From positions 32,042 to 96,041 of the forward strand of contig CAXHJY010001618.1 in the NCBI GenBank assembly GCA_964016885.1: 64,000 nt of DNA, written 5' to 3'. The DNA comes from Eledone cirrhosa (lineage: Eukaryota). Of this stretch, positions 55,934 through 64,000 are shown piece after piece. The translations under genes and the position numbers were made by a program. The notes beneath the pieces are model-generated. The model searched no databases. It was given only the letters and a program-made list of their open reading frames with translations, and was not told where the DNA came from. The number at the start of each line of letters is the position of its first letter. Positions within the stretch are counted from its first letter, which is position 1.

Positions 55934-56386
55934 CCTATGGTTAGGGTGTTCGGCTAATGCTCATATGGTCACGATGTCAATACACCGGCAAGTCATCCCA
56001 TTTTACGCTGTTCCGCTCCACTGAAAATAAAAATGAGTTGTACTTATAATTCAAAGAGCTAGGTTTAGCACATGCTATTTGCAGCTGAATCATCATGAGT
56101 ACTGTGTTAGAGCTGCACATGTCTCTGGAATGCTCAAACACTTGCATCACTTGCACCTTAATTTCATGAATAGGCTGTTCTGTTGTTAGTACACAGCCAC
56201 ACATAACCCTCTACACACAAGCAAATATACACATACCCAAGCATACATACTCGTACACCCATGTATATATATATATATATATATAAAGAATTCGAAGTTT
56301 GAAAGCCACGACAATGCGGGTTTGGAAGGAAAATAATTAAACCTTAAGAAATAGGGGTTGTTTTATTTATTTATTTTTTTTTTTTG

Positions 56387-56424
56387 TCCTGATATTTCGA
56401 GATTGATACCTCTTCTTCCGAGGA
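56387..56424 (-). ncRNA. Minimal hammerhead, U4->G variant
   Basis: UCCU CGGAAGA A GAG..CUC GAA AUAU C AGGA. Confidence 0.5.
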
Positions 56425-56562
56425 AAATAAAGGAACTATTCCAGTGTCTTGCTTTAGCAAGCCACATTGGACACTGGAAAAAAAAGTCCAAACATTCTCT
56501 CACCCTTAAGTAAAGGATATCCATCTCTCCCGCTCCCTCTCACTCTTTCTCTCTCTCTCTCG

Positions 56563-56605
<43 letters not shown>

Positions 56606-57471
56606 TGGGTACGTGCAATATATATATATGTATATTGACACATAGACAAGTCAGCTTGTGTGAGTGTGAGTGTGGATCTATGCCTGTAGTTGTATATTTG
56701 TGTGTGTGAGATTAAGCATCATTATGTCAAAGGTTGTGACGAAAGGACGTGAACAATTATATCACTGATTCATCAACTGTCTTATGAATTAATTATCTGA
56801 TTAATAAAAGTGAAGTCAAAATCACCTGGTGCGTGTATTTTGATTAGCAGTATGCTACACTCCCACCCCACCACTCCGAAATTCAATTTCTCAATTTCTT
56901 TTTTCTTTTCTCAATATGTTGCTTTTAAAAATACTACATTTGTTGTTTCGAAGCTTGAGCGATGATGTGAATTACTTCACAATGTTATTTTTTCACATAT
57001 TTGATTCGTTTAAATTTACTTTCAGATAACAATCATGTTATCTTCTCAAATGTGTATTCATTTTATTATTTGATCTGAGCACAGTGCAATTTTACGTACG
57101 TCACAATGTCTGATGTACATTATAGTGGCAACAATATACTCCCTAAACTATCCATCATATAACACCTGAAATTGCAATTTTAGTTTATTTATTAAGACGC
57201 TACCAAGTCATTATTTGTAGTTTGGTCGAATTTAGTAAACAGCAGTCCTAATCTGCTTCAGTTTACGGTTTCAAAGTATATCTCATCGAAGGGCTAAACG
57301 ATGTTCCTATACATAAAAAATAAATGAATTTTTGGTACTTAACTTTAAATGTATAGGTCAACTATCATTACCTGGTATGTGTAGCTCTGCGGGATTCTAC
57401 TCTCTTCCAAGCAATTGTTTATTGATTTCATATATATAGATGTACATAGATAAATTGATAGCTATAGATAG

Positions 57472-57502
<31 letters not shown>

Positions 57503-57577
57503 ACCCTCTCTACTGCCCTAAGTATCGAATATTCTGGTGCGTTATGGTCCATCTGGTTCCTTACCACACTTTCTTTG

Positions 57578-57646
<69 letters not shown>

Positions 57647-57844
57647 ATAGAGAGAGAGAGAAATAGAACTGCTGTTAATTTCAACATAAGCAAGAGCCAG
57701 CCAATGAGAAAGTTCTTACGTGATCCCGTGACATGTTAGAATTAACAACCAAATCACACAGAAAAATTACAGATCTGTCAAGGTTAGAAAATTAGTAGCC
57801 GTATATTTCCTTCTCGGTGAAGTCTGACATGGTGCAAAAGAACA

Positions 57845-59120
57845 ACAGGAAGACATAAAACCAGGAGGACATATAACAGTCATTACTACTAGAGGGAGAA
57901 TCACATCTACCAGAGGACGAATCTACGTGGTCACTTGATCTGGTAGAAAACATACCAGAAAGACCACCATCACCACTACCAAAGGAAGAATCTACGTGGT
58001 CACTTGATCTGGTAGAAAAAATACCAGGAAGACATATAACAGGAAGACCACCATCACCACTACCAAAGGAAGGATCTACGTGGTCACTTGATCTGGTAGA
58101 AAAAGCACCAGGAAGACATATAACAGGAAGACAACCATCACCACTACCAAAGGAAGAATCTACGTGGTCACTTGATCTGGTAGAATAAACACCAGGAAGA
58201 CATATAACAGGAAGACCACCATTACCACTACCAAAGGAAGAATCTACGTGGTCACTTTATCTGGTAGAAAAAACACCAGGAAGACATATAATAGGAAGAC
58301 CACCATCACCACTACCAAAGGAAGAATCTACGTGGTCACTTGATCTGGTAGAAAACATACCAGAAAGACCACCATCACCACTACCAAAGGAAGAATCTAC
58401 GTGGTCACTTGATCTGGTAGAAAAAATACCAGGAAGACATATAACAGGAAGACCACCATTACCACTACCAAAGGAAGAATCTACGTGGTCACTTGATCTG
58501 GTAGAAAAAATATCAGGAAGACATATAACAGGAAGACGACCATCACCTCTACCAAAGGAAGAATCTACGTGGTCACTTGATCTGGTAGAATAAACACCAG
58601 GAAGACATATAACAGGAAGACCACCATCACCACTACCAAAGGAAGAATCTACGTGGTCACTTGATCTGGTAGAAAAAACACCAGGAAGACATATAACAGG
58701 AAGACCACCATCACCACTACCAAAGGAAGAATCTACGTGGTCACTTTATCTGGTAGAAAAAGCACCCGGAAGACATATAACAGGAAGACCACCATCACCA
58801 CTACCAAAGGAAGAATCTACGTGGTCACTTGATCTGGTAGAAAACATACCAGAAAGACCACCATCAGCACTACCAAAGGAAGAATCTACGTGGTCACTTG
58901 ATCTGGTAGAAAAAATACCAGGAAGACATATAACAGGAAGACCACCATTACCACTACTAAAGGAAGAATACACGTGGTCACTTGATCTGGTAGAAAAAAT
59001 ACCAGGAAGACATATAACAGGAAGACCACCATCACCTCTACCAAAGGAAGAATCTACGTGGTCACTTGATCTGGTAGAAACTACAGCCAAATATTCACCT
59101 ATCCACACCTTGTCGTCTTT
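57845..59120. repeat. Minisatellite of about 15 units of 84 or 69 bp
   Basis: The (TCT)ACGTGGTCACT motif recurs at 57922, 57991, 58075, 58159, 58243, 58327, 58396, 58480, 58564, 58648, 58732, 58816, 58885, 58969 and 59053. Confidence 0.95.
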
Positions 59121-59366
59121 GTAATAGACTCGTTCGATAGTGTAATCCTGATGTCTATATATATATACGAAAATGACTGGGATTGTCCCTGCTGGTATAT
59201 CGATTATCATTGCTCCTCGTACATGGCGGGGCCTGGCAGCAATATGAAACGCAAGGACAAGCAACAGCCACCATAACAGAACTTACTGTCAAAATACTGT
59301 AAACATACAATCATATATGTGCGTATATTCACACACACACACACAGACATACATACACATACACAA

Positions 59367-59466
<100 letters not shown>

Positions 59467-59585
59467 CATATATACATATACACGGCCCCCCTCGGTCACT
59501 AATGACCATGGTTATGCACCTAGAAAGTTTCCGAGACACAAGTCTGAGCAAAGTTTGTTTGTGGATGACCAGCAGGCGTTCCATG

Positions 59586-59630
<45 letters not shown>

Positions 59631-59660
59631 AAAGAATAGAGGTGTAACACACAAGTTATT

Positions 59661-60158
<498 letters not shown>

Positions 60159-60159
60159 G

Positions 60160-60290
<131 letters not shown>

Positions 60291-60291
60291 G

Positions 60292-60360
<69 letters not shown>

Positions 60361-60361
60361 G

Positions 60362-60418
<57 letters not shown>

Positions 60419-60435
60419 TATATGTATATATATAT

Positions 60436-60999
60436 GTAAAGGTAACTACAGCAGGTACAGTGAATTTTTTTAAATTTAATTTAAAACTTTATCTTATTTG
60501 CTAAACCTTGATTATATATGTTCTGGCTCGTTAATTTATATTAACCTGCCATAGAACCACATTGGCATATGGTTGGATAATACATGTGGCCCCATATGTA
60601 TTTTGCATCTTGGGATATATACTTTATTATTATTAATCTCCCCTAATGTCGAGATAACATTTTGGTCGGTTTGACTGCTGCTTTTTCTAGTGGAGTGGAT
60701 TGACCTTTCCGCCTCTGCCTTCTATCTTTACACACGGCACTGGACAGAATTGCTTCTATATCATTCACTCTCATCTCGGGAACAATTTTGAATAGCGCCA
60801 GTTCGTAATTTGAACTCGGGAATTTTATATTCTTCGAGTGAAAAAAATCTTCTGACGAGCGTCTTTCTTTTCAATGGATGTCCGTAAGGACTATCCATTT
60901 ATTTTTGAGACTTGAAACCGTACGGTAAAGGTAACTAGAGCAGGTACAGTGAATTTTTTTTGATTTATTTGAAAACTTTTCCTTCTTTGCTAAACCTTG

Positions 61000-61005
<6 letters not shown>
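60436..61005 (+). mobile_element. Non-coding retrozyme-like / mini-PLE with terminal direct repeats of about 80 bp beginning at the HHR cleavage site
   Basis: 60436-60518 resembles 60925-61008; HHR at 60847-60932; no credible ORF; (TA)n on both sides. Confidence 0.75.
60847..60932 (+). ncRNA. Type I hammerhead ribozyme with long stem II
   Basis: AUCUU CUGACGA [GUCUU/GAGAC, AAUGGAU/AUCCAUU, GUCC-GUAA-GGAC] GAA ACCG-UA-CGGU A AAGGU. Confidence 0.85.
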
Positions 61006-61078
<73 letters not shown>

Positions 61079-61418
61079 CATGGTACGAACTTTGTAACGC
61101 GAACTGGCGCGAAATTTATTAGAATTATTGACCAACCAATCAAATTACTTCTCTAAAAACCTGGCATTTCGAACCACTTTTTTCCATATAAAACAAGTAA
61201 CATTCAAAGACCAACCAGATGTGAGAAAAACCACAGACCCTACTCTACTTTTGAAAAGCAGAAGAACTGCGAAACCGGTAAAGGAACCAAATAAATATAT
61301 ATATTTTCAAAAAAAATAAGACTCCAGTTGCATTTTCGATTTCATCTTTCTTTCTTTATACTTTCACTCGTGTAGGACACCTCGGTTATTTTTCATCTTT
61401 TTGTAAAAAAACCCTCAC

Positions 61419-61608
<190 letters not shown>

Positions 61609-61733
61609 GTATATATAACGAAGGAAATGTGGTAAGGAACCAGGTGGACCATAACGCACCAAAGTACTCAATACTTAGGGTAGTAGAGTGGGTAATAGGA
61701 ACAAGTAAGACCCCTTGGGGTCTTACTTGTTCC

Positions 61734-61776
<43 letters not shown>

Positions 61777-61778
<2 letters not shown>

Positions 61779-64000
61779 CTGAAGAATAGAATTCGTTCTA
61801 TTAAGGATTCTAACGCCGTGCACGTCCATTCCGACAAAACTGGCAACCTATATCAAGTGGAGCGCAGTACTTTCCATCAACTACTACATAATGCTGTAAC
61901 TAAGGATTACCGTAAAACTAATCAGTGCGTCATCAATGAAATCAACGATGGTGGGTTTAAAATCACATCTGATCTCAACATCCTGGACCGGACCGAACCT
62001 CTGGACCCTATCACACCCCACTTTACCCTGAAGGATCACAAATCCTATTTTCCGAACAACCCCTCTATTCGGCTTATTAACCCTACAAAATCCGATTTAG
62101 GTAGACTTAGTAAAACGATTCTTGATAGAATTATACCTGAAATTAGAAGTTTGGCCCCTCTCGCACTGTGGAACAATTCTATCGCGGTGATTGATTGGTT
62201 CAACGGCATATGTAACAAGGAACATTGCCGTTTTATCCAATTCGACATCAACAAATACTACTCCTCCATCACTTTACCACTTCTCCTTAGAGCTATCAAT
62301 TTCGCTAAAACACTGACAGTGGTTAAGGATTTTGAAGTTGATGTCATCCTTAATGCCCGAAAGTCGGTGATTAATTTCGACGACTCTATTTGGATTAAAA
62401 AATCCAATAGTACCCCATTCGACGTGAGTATGGGCGCCAGTGACTCTGCGGAGGTTACTGATCTTATTGGCCTTTTCCTTCTTTTCTCTATCAAGGACGA
62501 ATTCCCCAACGCGGGCGGTGGTTTGTACCGTGACGATGGTCTTTTGACCATGACTAAGTGCGGACCTCGTGCTTGCGACAGGTTCAGAAAAGAACTCACA
62601 GCCTTCTTTAAAGGCTTCAACCTCTCTATACAGGTTGAGGCCAATCTCTCGGTCGTTAATTACCTCGACGTTACCCTCAATTTATTGAAAGCCGAATGAT
62701 ACGCTTAATTACATAAGTAAGCATTCCAACCATCCTGCCAGCATAACCAAGAACCTGGTAAGAAACGTTTCGTTGAGGCTTTCCCGTCTTTCCACCAACG
62801 AGCGCATTTTCAACGACCATTCCACTTATTACAATGAAGCTCTTGCTCGAAATTTGTCGATAAGGTAGCATATACAGTGTACGAAAATAGACCTAGAAGA
62901 AATAGATCCCGTCGCATTTGTTGGTTTAACCCACCATATAATATGGAGGTGGCCACACCATTAGCTAAGATCTTTCTTTCCCTTATTACGAAGCATTTTC
63001 CCCCTACACATAAATATAGTAAAATTTTTAATAGAAATACTATTAAAATTTCTTACTCTACGACTCCTAACCTTGCACATAACATTACAGCTTCAAATTT
63101 AGCTAAACTACCTAGCCGTAGGAACACGTGCAACCCTGTAGGTAGTACTAACTGTAATTGTAGGAATCGGGCTGATTGCCCCCTATCCGGGAAATGCCTC
63201 TCTAGTAACATTGTCTACAAATGTAAGGTTGTAACACCCACGTCCCGTAGGGCCTACATAGGGTTAACCGCCAATAGTTTCAAGCAGCGTCTTTACATGC
63301 ATACCCATTCTTTTCGTTACCCTCTAAGAAGGAATATGACGTCACTTTCAGCTTATATCTGGAGTCTAAAAGACAACCACACCCAATATAAGTTACACTG
63401 GGAGGTCCTAGCTAGGGCTAGATCGTTATAACGGAAATAAAAGACCATGTGACCTCTGCGCCTCTGAGGCCCTGGAAATACTCTACGCTACAGACCACAT
63501 CTTATACAAAAAATCTGAGGCAATTTCGGCTTGTAAACATAAATTGCACAAAACTTTCTTGTATTACAGCCCCACGTTATACCCTAACGGATAGCACGAT
63601 GTATACGTGGATATTTTACGTCTTGATGTGGGAGCTAAGTATATGTTTTGTTTATTCCTTTACGTATTTGCATAGGTAAGTATATATTACCCGTATGTTT
63701 TGTGAAGGTATGTATACCTTATCGTACGTATATTTGACTGTTATAGCGTATAATTTTTTACATATTCTGGTATTTAGGGTTTGGCTATGTGTATACGGGA
63801 GTTTTGCGTCCGCGTGAGTGTGCAGGTTCGTACGCATGGTGGGTGTGTGTATATGTGTACTTCTTGTTTTAGTTGACTTACGTCTCCGAACATTCGTGTA
63901 TTTATATGTATGTATGCGTGTGCTCTTGTTATATACGTATTTATTTACTTATATACGTTTATATAATTATTTATTTATTTGTACACAAGCGTACACACAC
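61777..64000 (+). mobile_element. 5'-truncated Naiad-type PLE (RT and GIY-YIG, frameshifted); same family as 5373-7290; runs off the window
   Basis: HSDKTGNLY, LKDHK..IRLINP, QFDINKYY, MGASD, GLYRDDGL, NYLDVT; deletion near 62690; CNCRNRADCPLSGKC and YIGLT..FKQR; preceded by (TA)n. Confidence 0.92.

Noticed and set aside
57845-59120. CRISPR-like array
   Set aside because: The units repeat in full with no unique spacers, there are no cas genes, and the context is eukaryotic.
61629-61776. N-terminal extension of ORF 61629-62699
   Set aside because: It is an accidental read-through of an opposite-strand tip and (TA)n into a truncated PLE.

Overview
This is AT-rich eukaryotic intergenic or intronic DNA, saturated with (TA)n, (CA)n, (GA)n and trinucleotide microsatellites. 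The SINE and LINE repertoire looks like a coleoid cephalopod, probably Octopus (inference only). No intact host gene is evident. The window is a graveyard of mobile elements: Tx1/L1-like, RTE, R4/Dong-like and HERO-like LINE remnants, a pogo-type transposon, hAT MITEs and tRNA-derived SINEs. It also holds many Penelope-like elements (PLEs), mostly of the Naiad type (DKT and YRDDGL motifs, CxC..C..C linker, GIY-YIG), inserted in (TA)n. The most notable signal is a dense set of type I hammerhead ribozyme (HHR) motifs: about 15 motifs from roughly 10 sequence-unrelated families, several with core variants or long or branched stem II. Two short non-coding elements (periods of about 489 and 428 nt) have terminal direct repeats that start at or near the ribozyme cleavage site, so they look like retrozyme-type non-autonomous partners of the (TA)n-targeting PLEs. 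Many PLE tips are fold-back palindromes whose turn lies in or next to the ribozyme. Many also share a GAGTRCT motif about 50-65 nt from the 3' (TA)n junction. All folds and alignments were done by eye.
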